A DNA stretch of 47,058 nucleotides from a virus (IMGVR_UViG_3300005805_000138:1-47058), one strand, 5' to 3'. Shown: positions 35,484-45,039, counted from the first letter of the stretch. Notes: generated by a model not told the origin, from the letters alone. Program-made: numbers and translations.

Positions 35484-37345
35484 GTATCTCCATAGTTATC
35501 AGCCTGTCCAGACTCACAGGCTACTGGCAAATCAGCAGCCCACGCTGGAGGGGTAGACATACACTCAACCAGATATCTTTCTGCATGGTCGGCATCCGCA
35601 GCACCGGCGGTAATGATGATCTCGTCGTGTACTTGGAAGGCGACCTTGTACTTCTGTCCGACCTTGGCCATCTGCTCACGGATAACCAGTGCGGCTAGGG
35701 CTTGGACGATATTCTCTACGACCTTGCCACCGTATATCTTCGTCCAATCTAACTTGACCGCAGGGCCACCACCTAACTTGTTAGCGAGATACTTCTTATA
35801 TGTACGTGCGTCGGCTATGTATTCGAACCCATTACCGTTGGCACGCAGGGCGGTGTATCGCAGTTTGAATCCGTTGGGTAGGATTATTCCTTCGCAGTCG
35901 TAGTCGATAGATTTGTTAATGGTTCCTGAACCTCCGTTCAAGATCCCCTGCAGTGCGTAGCCACATCGCTGCCATAACTCCACGATCTTCCAGTTCTTCT
36001 GGCGGTAGAGCCTGACGATACGTTCGGCCTCGTTAATATCTATCTTTACGGATATGCCAGCCTGTCCTATCTCAAGGGTGCGTCGGAACTTCTCGGCTCC
36101 CATGCCGTAGCCCAGACCCAACACACAGGTCTTACCTACGAACCTCTCCACCTTGTCTGCCTTGGTGATGGTGCGACCGTAGACCTCCGTTGCAAACTCG
36201 GAGTACACATCCCGCTTCTCACGGAATGCTTGAACCAAATCCTCTTGTCCTGCAAGCCACGCAACCATACGTGCTTCGATCTGACTAGAGTCACAGGCAA
36301 TTATCTTGTGGTATTCGGGTGCGCGTAACGCTTGTCTAATCTTGTTGTTCCCACGGGCAGGAAGATTTTGTAGGTTGATCTTGTCGCCGCCGCTGAAACG
36401 GCCAGTGTGTGCGCCATAGTAATTAAGCATGATCGGCAGTCGGCCACGTTCGGCTATACCTATGAACGCTTGCGTCCGTGTCTCCTCAATGGTGGACTTG
36501 ACGCCTAATCTGGCTGCCGCTAGTGCTTGCACACTCTCATTAGGATGTTCTAGTAAGTCGGTCATCCCCTTGTCTGTCTTGCTGAATGCCCACGTTGACT
36601 TGCCAGTTCTCGGGCTGATCTTGGTAGGTGGATCGACACCTAGCATCTGCAATCGTTGTGCAAACTTATCGTTGCTCATCAACAATTCGATTGCGTTACT
36701 CCCATCGGGCAGAGACACAACCAAATTATTCTTACGCTTGACCACATCGTTGTAGTGTTCTTCAAGCAGGTCTTTATTGAGTTCGATGGTAGGCTCGGTG
36801 TACATCCGTATCGTCTGGTCGATGACCATGAGTTCGGACACGGGGAAACCCTGCTTTAGTTTCTTGAATAACTTGTACGTTAGTTCAACGTCGTTGGTGC
36901 AGTACGCACCGTAGTCCATGAGTTCTTGTTGGGTGAACTCTGATCGCCGCTTACCCATTGCATTGACGACCTCGTTACCCTTCTTACCCAACCCATAGTA
37001 AGTTGTCAGTGCATCAAGCGAACCGCCAACCACAGCCCCATGCAGGGGACGCGCCATAGATAATGTGTCGAGCCACAGTTTAGGTTTGATCCCGTACTTC
37101 CATGACAGGATCGCACCGTCGAACATAGTGTTGTGGCAAAGAATCGCGCACTTGCTGTAATCCAAAGACTTAAGAAACCGCTCGGGGTTATCCCCGCAGT
37201 ACCAATCGGCAGGATGATTGTTGATCTTTATGCCCACGCCGATGACTTGGAACAACGGGTTGCGAATGTACGCTTCCGTCGTCATCTTCTTGAGACTGTA
37301 GTCCTTGTCGTAATAGGTCTCAAAGTCTATGGTTACGATGTTCAC
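35480..37345 (-). CDS. DNA polymerase, family A, with 3'-5' exonuclease domain
   Basis: ExoI DFETYY, ExoII HNTMFD, ExoIII YCTND; HTGRFSG..INLQNLP; motif A DSSQIEAR; motif B RFVGKTCVLGLGYG; motif C QVHDE. Confidence 0.95.
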   Translation of the reverse strand: MNIVTIDFETYYDKDYSLKKMTTEAYIRNPLFQVIGVGIKINNHPADWYCGDNPERFLKSLDYSKCAILCHNTMFDGAILSWKYGIKPKLWLDTLSMARPLHGAVVGGSLDALTTYYGLGKKGNEVVNAMGKRRSEFTQQELMDYGAYCTNDVELTYKLFKKLKQGFPVSELMVIDQTIRMYTEPTIELNKDLLEEHYNDVVKRKNNLVVSLPDGSNAIELLMSNDKFAQRLQMLGVDPPTKISPRTGKSTWAFSKTDKGMTDLLEHPNESVQALAAARLGVKSTIEETRTQAFIGIAERGRLPIMLNYYGAHTGRFSGGDKINLQNLPARGNNKIRQALRAPEYHKIIACDSSQIEARMVAWLAGQEDLVQAFREKRDVYSEFATEVYGRTITKADKVERFVGKTCVLGLGYGMGAEKFRRTLEIGQAGISVKIDINEAERIVRLYRQKNWKIVELWQRCGYALQGILNGGSGTINKSIDYDCEGIILPNGFKLRYTALRANGNGFEYIADARTYKKYLANKLGGGPAVKLDWTKIYGGKVVENIVQALAALVIREQMAKVGQKYKVAFQVHDEIIITAGAADADHAERYLVECMSTPPAWAADLPVACESGQADNYGDT

Positions 37346-37533
37346 TACTTAGTAATCCTTTTGAACGCCTTGAACGCTACCCACTGGCGTTTCAGTTCCG
37401 TGTCGCTCCCTTCTAGCCACTCAAGGAATGCAGCGGCAAGTTTCATCCGCTCAAAATCTTCCTCGTATAAATCTACTTTCCCAATGCGTACATGGTTTGC
37501 GTATTCAATCGGGTTGTACTCTGTCTGGTTCAT
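37345..37533 (-). CDS. Hypothetical protein
   Basis: GGAG RBS; fits the operon tightly. Confidence 0.55.
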   Translation of the reverse strand: MNQTEYNPIEYANHVRIGKVDLYEEDFERMKLAAAFLEWLEGSDTELKRQWVAFKAFKRITK

Positions 37534-37534
37534 A

Positions 37535-37744
37535 TCAATCTCCCGTGTAGTACTTGAGTACTAATTCAAACGCATCGATGTGTCGCTTCAGTTCGGCAAC
37601 ATCTTTGGCTTTGTCCATATCGAATATGGCTATCTTCACCCCTGCCTTGCGCTTCTTGTGATCCTCTTTCAAGGAAGCAACGGTGCGCTTGAGTTCGGCT
37701 GCTGCAATTTCTTCTAATAACCTGTTGTCGATTTCGATTTTCAT
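37535..37744 (-). CDS. Hypothetical protein
   Basis: ATGA overlap with the upstream gene; helical and charged. Confidence 0.55.
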   Translation of the reverse strand: MKIEIDNRLLEEIAAAELKRTVASLKEDHKKRKAGVKIAIFDMDKAKDVAELKRHIDAFELVLKYYTGD

Positions 37745-37923
37745 GTTCCAGTTTTCCAAGGTCGTTGTTGTTTGTACCCCTTCGGTGTCTCGGCAAACCC
37801 CGCTGCCTTCAATGCTTCTTCAGACCGACAACTCATGCCTATAATACGGTGCTGTCTGAATGACTCGGCTCCGACAAACGTGCGCTTGCACTCGGTACAC
37901 CTGCGTATCTGACTAACCTTCAC
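37741..37923 (-). CDS. Small zinc-finger protein
   Basis: CTEC..TF....SF..HR...C pattern (C2HC-like). Confidence 0.6.
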   Translation of the reverse strand: MKVSQIRRCTECKRTFVGAESFRQHRIIGMSCRSEEALKAAGFAETPKGYKQQRPWKTGT

Positions 37924-38107
37924 GGTGCAGCCACTCGCGTTCTGAAATGTACTGCTCCATCGTCTGTCTCTCAGAAAGAAACTTATCGATGATGGCTGCT
38001 GCCTCGGCCATACAATCAGCCATAGGGCTAGCAGGATGTATCTTCACCCACCCGCGCAGTTCACGTACTAGGTTGGCGGCATCTATGGTGTCTTGTTTCT
38101 CAAGCAT
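37913..38107 (-). CDS. Hypothetical protein
   Basis: Overlapping operon packing; EAAAII motif. Confidence 0.5.
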   Translation of the reverse strand: MLEKQDTIDAANLVRELRGWVKIHPASPMADCMAEAAAIIDKFLSERQTMEQYISEREWLHREG

Positions 38108-38291
38108 TGATGCACCACAGAGATAGAAGCGCAGCCGTCAATGCTGAACCAATGAAGAACCACATGAGAGACATGATGAATGACTCACCCTCACGCTTGG
38201 CAAGTGTGTGCTCCAGTTCTGCAACCTCCTGCTTGAGTAGATTGATCTCGGCTTGCATACGGTCAGACTTGTATTCGTATTTTCTAATCAC
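38100..38291 (-). CDS. Coiled-coil plus C-terminal TM protein
   Basis: Heptad region followed by a hydrophobic tail; GGAGG upstream. Confidence 0.55.
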   Translation of the reverse strand: MIRKYEYKSDRMQAEINLLKQEVAELEHTLAKREGESFIMSLMWFFIGSALTAALLSLWCINA

Positions 38292-38502
38292 GGCTCTCGC
38301 CTCCGTAAATATGTTTGTGAACGATGGCTAATTCTTCCTCAAGTTCTGCGATCAAACTACGTAGCCGATATATCTCTACGGCATAGTCACGGTTGCGATC
38401 GCGCAGTTCCCTAATCTTCTCTCGGTATTCTTTATCGGTGTGTGATCTAGCATCCCACTCCTTACGCCACGCACCGGCAGGGGATATGTCATCTAGTGTC
38501 AC
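38284..38502 (-). CDS. Hypothetical coiled-coil protein
   Basis: Likely GTG start overlapping the upstream stop (GTGA) after GGAGG; DISPAGAW motif. Confidence 0.55.
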   Translation of the reverse strand: MTLDDISPAGAWRKEWDARSHTDKEYREKIRELRDRNRDYAVEIYRLRSLIAELEEELAIVHKHIYGGESRD

Positions 38503-38612
38503 CAGTAATCCCTCCATCCTCGCTTTGCTGCCCACTCTGGGTTAGGTACTCGCCGCCACTCATCATGGCGTTTTTGCATTACCCTTTGGTACAACCCAAT
38601 GAGCCACTTCAA
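38499..38612 (-). CDS. 37-aa Trp-rich micropeptide (absent from ORF track)
   Basis: Hand-translated: MKWLIGLYQRVMQKRHDEWRRVPNPEWAAKRGWRDYW; TTGA and GTGA overlaps with both neighbours. Confidence 0.45.
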   Translation of the reverse strand: MKWLIGLYQRVMQKRHDEWRRVPNPEWAAKRGWRDYW

Positions 38613-38998
38613 AAGGCAACTTCGCCACCTTCACGGCGTGCGATCTCCCGATCCAAGAATTGTCGTGCCTTCTTAAGGTCTTGAATATCGTGGCCTTTGT
38701 AGTCTGCGCGGCTGATATATTTGACCACGCTGCCAAGGTTGTAGTTCAAACGCTTCGCTTCGATGAAGTCCCACGTTTCGATACCACCTATGGTGTAGTG
38801 ACTCGGGTGTTCAATGACAGATTTCTCTCTCATTTCATCGGTGTAGTCCACGAACTCTGGTTCAGATGCTTTCTTTTTCTTACGCTGTATCCACATGGAA
38901 TGGTAAACATAATTAGGTTTGACCTTAACCATCTTGGCTACGTCATGTACTGAATAGCCTTGGCTGATTAGATCAACAATCTTTTCTTGCTTCGTCAT
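38609..38998 (-). CDS. HTH plus DUF3310 (T7 gp1.7-like nucleotide kinase) protein
   Basis: HPSHYT.GGIETWDFI....LG.VVKYISRA..K...QDLKKA..FL; N-terminal HTH-like segment. Confidence 0.8.
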   Translation of the reverse strand: MTKQEKIVDLISQGYSVHDVAKMVKVKPNYVYHSMWIQRKKKKASEPEFVDYTDEMREKSVIEHPSHYTIGGIETWDFIEAKRLNYNLGSVVKYISRADYKGHDIQDLKKARQFLDREIARREGGEVAF

Positions 38999-39840
38999 GC
39001 TGCTTTACCTCTCGGTTGAATATCAAACACACCAAACTTCTCACGTAACGCAATGCTTAACTGATTCAAAAGGGTATCGCTCAAGCCCACCACATGATTA
39101 GAGGTAGGCGTGGACATATACCACGTTGCGTATGAAGTACTTGCAATCAGTCCTCGGAGTAGTTCCGTGGAGCATTCTTCGTTGGAGATTGAATTATACA
39201 GTAGATCAAACCAAGGCGGGGAGTTCCAGTCTGGCCTGTGATACCCGCCGTTCTTGGTATCTCGCTCCTCTTTCATCTGTTTAATCAAGCCATCAACCAC
39301 ACCCATCTTGGCGCGTACCTTGATGTTGCGTTTGAACACACGCAGTTTGCGTAGCCACTCCTTGCGTATCTCGGGGCGGATAGATTCCTTAAGATCTTTA
39401 CGTGCGTTGACACACTCACCTGTTGTCAAGTCAAAGGTAATACCATCGAACAACTCGGGTGCAGTCTTGAGTGACTGCCACAAAGGCTTACCTGTTTTCT
39501 CTGAGGCAAGTAGGTGGATCACACGATAGCGGTTGGTGCTAACCCGCATCCATGCAACAGGGACGGCACGATATAGGCTAGATGCTAGTGTATGCCCAAT
39601 CGTTCGACCCTGCACACCGTCAATAAGAAACGTCAACTTATTATCAGGTGTTATCTTTAGTACATCGACACCATCACAGCAGATAACGTAGTCATCACCA
39701 CGCTTAAAGATACGTGCCCATGATTTAAGGGGCTTGCCTTTCTCTGGATTGCGACAGGTTGCAAAGTATTTCTTTACACCCTCATAAGAATGTATCTGTG
39801 AATCGTTGAACAATCGTCTTGTGTATTCTGTGTAGTCCAT
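38995..39840 (-). CDS. Hypothetical protein (281 aa)
   Basis: Long ORF with GAGG RBS; coupled on both sides. Confidence 0.7.
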   Translation of the reverse strand: MDYTEYTRRLFNDSQIHSYEGVKKYFATCRNPEKGKPLKSWARIFKRGDDYVICCDGVDVLKITPDNKLTFLIDGVQGRTIGHTLASSLYRAVPVAWMRVSTNRYRVIHLLASEKTGKPLWQSLKTAPELFDGITFDLTTGECVNARKDLKESIRPEIRKEWLRKLRVFKRNIKVRAKMGVVDGLIKQMKEERDTKNGGYHRPDWNSPPWFDLLYNSISNEECSTELLRGLIASTSYATWYMSTPTSNHVVGLSDTLLNQLSIALREKFGVFDIQPRGKAA

Positions 39841-39995
39841 CAGTCTTTCCTCTTAAAGAATTCAGACATAACTTCTTCTAGTTGCAACTCAAGCAACTTC
39901 CACTTGTCTCCATGTAACTCACGCTCCAACTCCTCCTTGAGTCGGAGTTCTTGTTGTCTCTGCTCATGGTGAGCAGCAGTATCATCCTCGTCCAC
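39840..39995 (-). CDS. 51-aa acidic protein (absent from ORF track)
   Basis: Hand-translated: (V)DEDDTAAHHEQRQQELRLKEELERELHGDKWKLLELQLEEVMSEFFKRKD; TAGTG and TGATG junctions fill the gap exactly. Confidence 0.5.
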   Translation of the reverse strand: MDEDDTAAHHEQRQQELRLKEELERELHGDKWKLLELQLEEVMSEFFKRKD

Positions 39996-40663
39996 TAGCG
40001 CACCATCTTGTTGACCACCACAGTTGCAGTCATGGAAGCCAAGTCCAGTTGTTCGATGACTGCCTTCTTCTCCTGCGCTGCAGACTTCTCCTTCACCTCA
40101 AGATGTTTGTCTTTGGTTGATTGCGGCAGCAAGTCCCAGAGTGCAGGCCACGCCTTGAGTGCAGGTGCAAGGGTGGTGTGAGTCTCCATCAGGGTAGTCA
40201 CACCATTCACAAACTTCTCCTTGCGCTCCTGATTCTGTCGGAGCAACTCGTTCATGTGACAAAAGACATTGTGGATACGCGCATCGTCCTCGTTGTTAAG
40301 GTCAACGATGTATTTGAAGTTACCGCTATTCCATCCATCTTGCACCGCTCGGTCGCTGATACCCGTGTAGTTCTGCACCCAACGAACAGGCTGCGATAAC
40401 TGAAACGTGAAATGCACAGGGATGTCAGGATGGTTTGGAACAACCACGCGGGTCAAAGTGAACTGCTGAAATGTTTCCATGAAACCATCGGGCAAGTTCT
40501 GGACAGGTGCAAACCAATCCCCAAGCGTACGCTTGTAGATAAGATCAAACAAACCTTCCTCGACAGGTATCTTTTTGATTTCGATATTGCGCTTATCAAA
40601 CGGCGTTTTAGCCTGTTCAAGAATTCGTTCTTTCAACTCGTTACTAAATCGTACAGTAGCCAT
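39995..40663 (-). CDS. Nmad5-like (nucleotide-modification associated domain 5) protein
   Basis: N-terminal RFSNELKERIL and C-terminal TTLAPALKAWPALWDLLP pattern; GGAGG RBS. Confidence 0.5.
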   Translation of the reverse strand: MATVRFSNELKERILEQAKTPFDKRNIEIKKIPVEEGLFDLIYKRTLGDWFAPVQNLPDGFMETFQQFTLTRVVVPNHPDIPVHFTFQLSQPVRWVQNYTGISDRAVQDGWNSGNFKYIVDLNNEDDARIHNVFCHMNELLRQNQERKEKFVNGVTTLMETHTTLAPALKAWPALWDLLPQSTKDKHLEVKEKSAAQEKKAVIEQLDLASMTATVVVNKMVR

Positions 40664-40683
40664 TGTTGTTACCTCCGTAATAA

Positions 40684-41841
40684 TTACATCAACACCACTT
40701 CACCAAAGGGCGCAGTACTCTCGTCAGTACTAACCCACAGCACCGGATAGTCCGGCTGATTTCCAAAGTCATCACAGCACAAGTCAGTCAAGAAGATACA
40801 AGCGACAGGGTTGATGTCGTTGTCCTGCATATACTTGAAGCATGGGCTGAATGCTGTACCACCACCGCCGCGAGGGTTGAATACAAAGTCACCTTCACGT
40901 TCGATCAAGTCGTACGCACATACCTCATGGCTGAAGAAAATAATATGCAACTTGGATGGCCGTGCATCCTCGAACACATTACGCACCTCGGCAGCAAACT
41001 GATTAGCCGTAGCCTCGTCAATAGAACCAGACATATCTACGCAGAAGGCAACCTCGCCCATCACCTCGCCGGTAATAGTTGGCAGATACATACCCTGCTG
41101 CACAAACCTACGGTTAGGTCTAGCGAAACTACGCTCATCGTTCTTGGCCTTCTCAATAAACCGGCGTAGCACATCACGCCAGTCAACCTTGGGTTGCAGT
41201 ACCTCACCCACTAGCCGCTGCATATTGGCAGACAACTTGCCCATCATCTTGGCCGCTTGTGCGGCTTGTGCAACCTTAACCTTCCACTCGTTACGGGCTT
41301 GCTCCTTCTCGGCAGGAGTACCCTCGCCATCCTCACAGTCATCAAGCGGATCATCACCCTCGTTTGGCATATCTGGCAGGATGTTATAGATTCCATCCGT
41401 AGTACCGCCGCCAGCCTGATAGATACCATCGTTGAGCAATCCACCGTCAGGCATCTTGCCAATCTTCTCATCGGTCAGATGCTTGTTGATTACGTAGTCA
41501 CCGGCTTGGTTCCACTTGCGATGATCACGCTCACCTCGACGGAAGTTGTGTTCAAACATTGGGTGGAAGCACTCATGTGCTACCAAGAATTTCAATTCCT
41601 CATCCGTCAGTCGGTCAACAAAGTCAGGATTAAACTTGATGCACTTACCGTTGGTTGCTGCAGTCGGTATCGACTGGTCGATGTAATAAGGCAAGCCCAA
41701 TGCAATAGAGCCAACGAATGGATGCTCAAGCACAAGGTTAGTCTTGGCTTTAGCCAGTCGCATTTTGATCTTGGCTTCACGCTGTGGGGTAAGCGGAGCA
41801 GGGGTTACCTGCTCCTTCCGTCGTGGCATTACGCTAGTCAT
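40684..41841 (-). CDS. Metallopeptidase-like plus vWA domain protein (DUF2201-type)
   Basis: TAATNG...LVAHECFH...WNQAGDYVIN; MIDAS-like VDMSGSI, GGGT.F and FLTD. Confidence 0.88.
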   Translation of the reverse strand: MTSVMPRRKEQVTPAPLTPQREAKIKMRLAKAKTNLVLEHPFVGSIALGLPYYIDQSIPTAATNGKCIKFNPDFVDRLTDEELKFLVAHECFHPMFEHNFRRGERDHRKWNQAGDYVINKHLTDEKIGKMPDGGLLNDGIYQAGGGTTDGIYNILPDMPNEGDDPLDDCEDGEGTPAEKEQARNEWKVKVAQAAQAAKMMGKLSANMQRLVGEVLQPKVDWRDVLRRFIEKAKNDERSFARPNRRFVQQGMYLPTITGEVMGEVAFCVDMSGSIDEATANQFAAEVRNVFEDARPSKLHIIFFSHEVCAYDLIEREGDFVFNPRGGGGTAFSPCFKYMQDNDINPVACIFLTDLCCDDFGNQPDYPVLWVSTDESTAPFGEVVLM

Positions 41842-42101
41842 TGTGACTTCTCCTGTTGTGATTCAATCACCTTGCCTATTAACTCGTTTACCTTTGCTTC
41901 AAATTCTTCTGCACCTCGCTGTCCTCCATTGACAACGTAGGTATTGCGATCCTTCACCCATATCAGGTAATGATCAAACAGCAGATGGACACTCCACTTG
42001 GAAGTAGCAATCGGGTCTTTCTTCAACTCTTCCAAGTACTTCATGTCGCTGAGACGCTTGGCATCGTCAGCATCACGCTTCCACTGTTCTTCGTCCATCA
42101 C
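41838..42101 (-). CDS. Hypothetical protein
   Basis: GGAGG RBS; overlapping junctions on both sides. Confidence 0.55.
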   Translation of the reverse strand: MMDEEQWKRDADDAKRLSDMKYLEELKKDPIATSKWSVHLLFDHYLIWVKDRNTYVVNGGQRGAEEFEAKVNELIGKVIESQQEKSQ

Positions 42102-42946
42102 ATACCTCCCATAAGAGCGGACATCTTGTCCATGATGGCCTTGGCATCGGCCGCTGTGTCTCGTCGAATCTCTGGATGCAATCGCAGAATCTCAGGATTC
42201 TTAAGCAACTTGCTTTCGATCTCCTGTCGCATGGCTTCCAGTCGTGGGTCATCAGCGAAGTTCAGTCTCGGCAGCAACTCACACAAGTCACGGGCATTGT
42301 CGATCATGCTGTCTCGGAAGATCGCCTTGGGATCAGCACACTTCTCTGCAATATGTTTCACCTTGTCGTAGACCCTAGCCCACAAGTCCTGCATGGCAGC
42401 AGATTGGGCAGACTTCACTTGCTCCTCAACCTGCAAGCGGATACGTGCTACCTCATCGGATGACAACTGCACACGGAAGTCAGCACTTGGCATGGGCATA
42501 ACGCTGATATCCATGTAGAACTTGCTACGCATATCCTCTTGGCTTGGATAATCAGAGTCACAATACAAAGGGCCAAGATCGCTCTGTGCTTTAGCCCGTA
42601 GTGCAGGGTAGTCATCCACGAACTGATCGACCAATGATTCCCAGTCAGTCCTATTGCGTCGGAACTGCGTCATAAACCCAAGGTAGTTACTGGTTGGAAG
42701 CAACTGCACACCCTCAAGATTCCAAGGCAGAGTGTTCTCGTAGAACTCAGTACGTATGAGTCCTGCTTTGCTCTGTATGTTCTCGAGCATGGTGCAGTTA
42801 GGAAGCAGAGACTTGTTATAGCGTCCTGCACTAGTGGATACACCGTTAGCCACGGCTACATCCTTGGTCACTCGCTTGTCTAACTTACGTCCTGCCCATC
42901 CGCCGATATTCAGCGAGACAAGCAGAGCCTTGTCGTTCAGATTCAT
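42098..42946 (-). CDS. Conserved helical protein (DUF3150-like)
   Basis: LVSLNI..WAGRKLDK...TLPW...LLP...DYPS pattern; GAGGAG RBS; located between the AAA and vWA genes. Confidence 0.55.
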   Translation of the reverse strand: MNLNDKALLVSLNIGGWAGRKLDKRVTKDVAVANGVSTSAGRYNKSLLPNCTMLENIQSKAGLIRTEFYENTLPWNLEGVQLLPTSNYLGFMTQFRRNRTDWESLVDQFVDDYPALRAKAQSDLGPLYCDSDYPSQEDMRSKFYMDISVMPMPSADFRVQLSSDEVARIRLQVEEQVKSAQSAAMQDLWARVYDKVKHIAEKCADPKAIFRDSMIDNARDLCELLPRLNFADDPRLEAMRQEIESKLLKNPEILRLHPEIRRDTAADAKAIMDKMSALMGGM

Positions 42947-42971
42947 CGTCGTTACTCCTCTGTCGTTGTTG

Positions 42972-43970
42972 TTAGAACAGCACCGTCTGGTGCTTCACAC
43001 TCCACTTAATAAATGCTTGCGTGTTAGCAAGGTCAGGGTTGCGTCGTACCGCATGAGATACTGCAAGCACACTAAACTCTGGCGGCATACGCTCGAAGTA
43101 CGTGCAAGCCCTATCGAAGTTGGCCTCAGTACAACGCTGTGCAAGCGAACCACTCAAGGCATACAACGTCGCAGGATCAGTCGGCACTTCACCCTTGTCA
43201 GGATTCAGCAAGATGCCATCGGGGTTAGGAAGTTTGCGATAGATACGCAAGTAGCCGGTGAACTCTGCAGCAGCACCATCACCTACAGCACCCTTGAAAG
43301 TCTCGTACTCAGCCTCCGGTGGAACCAGTCCCATCACATCGCTAACACCCTCGACCCATGATCGCGGCGTAGGATTCTTGTCACGCTGTGCATCGAAGTC
43401 ATGCAACAACCCACTACGGAAACGGATGAATGAAATAACCTCGGGCTGTACGTTGTGATCAATAGCCCACGCAGTCCAGTCATCAAGGTGAGTCTCATAT
43501 TCATACACAGTCTCACGATCACGAAGGTGAGACAGCACACGATTAGCACCCGCTCTATCAGACTGGCGATTGCCAGTACCAATAACCTGCCACCCATCGG
43601 CCATTGGAACACCGTGCAAGTTACGTGCTTGTTGAATGTTAGCGATTACCTTCTGGATATCGGCACTCGCTTGGTTGCGATCATCGAAGCACAGGATACC
43701 GCCGCGTCCATCATCCCACTTGCTACCCTTGGCAGGGAACCATTCTGGAATCTTGTACCCAAAGGACTGTGCAGCACTCATCATATCGGGAACACCAAAG
43801 TCCTCGACAAGCATCGTCGGTACGTGCCGTTCGATATAGTGCTTATCCAGTTCCTTGGCAGTCTCTCGTACTACAGTAGTCTTGCCACCCCCAGGTGGGC
43901 CTTCAATAGCCACCGTACGTAACTTGGCGTGTAAAGACTTGAGAGTATCTTTAAGTAATGTCGGTCGCAT
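42972..43970 (-). CDS. MoxR-like AAA+ ATPase
   Basis: Walker A GPPGGGKT, Walker B ILCFDD, sensor GTGNR..DRAG, HLRDR, PTPRSW. Confidence 0.9.
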   Translation of the reverse strand: MRPTLLKDTLKSLHAKLRTVAIEGPPGGGKTTVVRETAKELDKHYIERHVPTMLVEDFGVPDMMSAAQSFGYKIPEWFPAKGSKWDDGRGGILCFDDRNQASADIQKVIANIQQARNLHGVPMADGWQVIGTGNRQSDRAGANRVLSHLRDRETVYEYETHLDDWTAWAIDHNVQPEVISFIRFRSGLLHDFDAQRDKNPTPRSWVEGVSDVMGLVPPEAEYETFKGAVGDGAAAEFTGYLRIYRKLPNPDGILLNPDKGEVPTDPATLYALSGSLAQRCTEANFDRACTYFERMPPEFSVLAVSHAVRRNPDLANTQAFIKWSVKHQTVLF

Positions 43971-43971
43971 T

Positions 43972-44157
43972 TCACTTCACTCCATGCTGTTGATTAAACT
44001 TGTTGTGATCAGGGCCGAATGAAACTACGGCATCCTTGATCGTGTCTCTTATCCTCTTGGCTTCAGTCTTGCTGCCGAAATACAACGGCGTACCGTCGTC
44101 ATCACGTACCAGACTTCCACCTTTGCCGTACCTCAGTACGAATAAACGCTTCATCAA
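43972..44157 (-). CDS. Hypothetical protein
   Basis: AAGGAG RBS; YFGSK.EAK..RD...VSFGPDH. Confidence 0.65.
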   Translation of the reverse strand: MMKRLFVLRYGKGGSLVRDDDGTPLYFGSKTEAKRIRDTIKDAVVSFGPDHNKFNQQHGVK

Positions 44158-44164
44158 TATCTCC

Positions 44165-44275
44165 TTATCTAACGAACAACCAGACTGCAGCGGTCGCTAC
44201 AGCCACCATCCCCCCATGGATAACCCCACGGCGGTAGATTCTCCAAAGCAGCGATTCAAACTCTTGTGCGGTCAT
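44165..44275 (-). CDS. 36-aa membrane micropeptide (absent from ORF track)
   Basis: Hand-translated: MTAQEFESLLWRIYRRGVIHGGMVAVATAAVWLFVR; ATGA overlap with GGAG upstream. Confidence 0.5.
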   Translation of the reverse strand: MTAQEFESLLWRIYRRGVIHGGMVAVATAAVWLFVR

Positions 44276-44448
44276 AACTCACTCCCATCGTGTTCAACTA
44301 CCTCACCATCCCTCTCGGCTAGGCATACCGTTACATCCCAAGAGCGTTTGGCCTTGAGCAGTCGAGCAGCCTTCTGTTGAGCCACGTATGAAGTCTCGGC
44401 GTAGACCTCAATCCGCGTGCCTTTGTAAAAGCAGATATAACCGTTCAT
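44272..44448 (-). CDS. Small early protein
   Basis: Start re-set to MNGYICFYKG..IEVYAETSY.AQQKAA at an ATGA overlap. Confidence 0.65.
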   Translation of the reverse strand: MNGYICFYKGTRIEVYAETSYVAQQKAARLLKAKRSWDVTVCLAERDGEVVEHDGSEL

Positions 44449-44669
44449 CGCACTAACCCCCCTTTGTTCAACTGCTTGAGCAGCGACATATCGGTAATAA
44501 CCATCGCGTTGGACTTGTGGAACTGACCGATAGTCCATTTGTGTTTACGGGCTACGATCTCGGCACAGTCATCGCACAGGTATTGCCCCCCATCAGTACG
44601 CCTTTGCCTTGGTGCAGATACTTCCGTGAAGATTCCACGGGACTTGCATGGTTTGCAGTACATGGTCAT
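44445..44669 (-). CDS. Small zinc-finger protein
   Basis: GGAGG RBS; CKPC...CDDC. Confidence 0.65.
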   Translation of the reverse strand: MTMYCKPCKSRGIFTEVSAPRQRRTDGGQYLCDDCAEIVARKHKWTIGQFHKSNAMVITDMSLLKQLNKGGLVR

Positions 44670-44674
44670 ACCTC

Positions 44675-44911
44675 CTAAAAGCCAGACCAATCTTCGCCAG
44701 ATGAACACTCACGGCATTGCATTTCAGCCAACTCCCAGTCGCGTTTGATATAGCCCTTGGTCTTATCCAGATCAAAGCCATTACGCTCAAACGCTTCTAG
44801 GTAGTCCTTACGACCATAAGTCTCATACACCCAATGACCACCCTGCTGGTAATGGGAAAGGGCATACTGCTCAAGGGCAGCAACAAGGGTATCCAGAGAT
44901 TTAGTGTTCAT
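44675..44911 (-). CDS. Small early protein
   Basis: GGAG RBS before MNTKSL; YALSHY..GG.WVYE. Confidence 0.6.
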   Translation of the reverse strand: MNTKSLDTLVAALEQYALSHYQQGGHWVYETYGRKDYLEAFERNGFDLDKTKGYIKRDWELAEMQCRECSSGEDWSGF

Positions 44912-45039
44912 CACACACTCCGTACGTAGTACCAATTACCAATCAGGCGGATTGCACAGACTGAATCACGACCTATCCTGCAAAGACTCCAACGCCAGTA
45001 TTGACGAGGGCCATATCGCAATTGCTTAACCATTGTCAT
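44911..45039 (-). CDS. 42-aa basic micropeptide (absent from ORF track)
   Basis: AGGAGG RBS; hand-translated MTMVKQLRYGPRQYWRWSLCRIGRDSVCAIRLIGNWYYVRSV; TGATG junction. Confidence 0.5.
   Translation of the reverse strand: MTMVKQLRYGPRQYWRWSLCRIGRDSVCAIRLIGNWYYVRSV

Noticed and set aside
41257-41940. 227-aa + strand ORF
   Set aside because: It is antisense to the motif-supported vWA/metallopeptidase gene.
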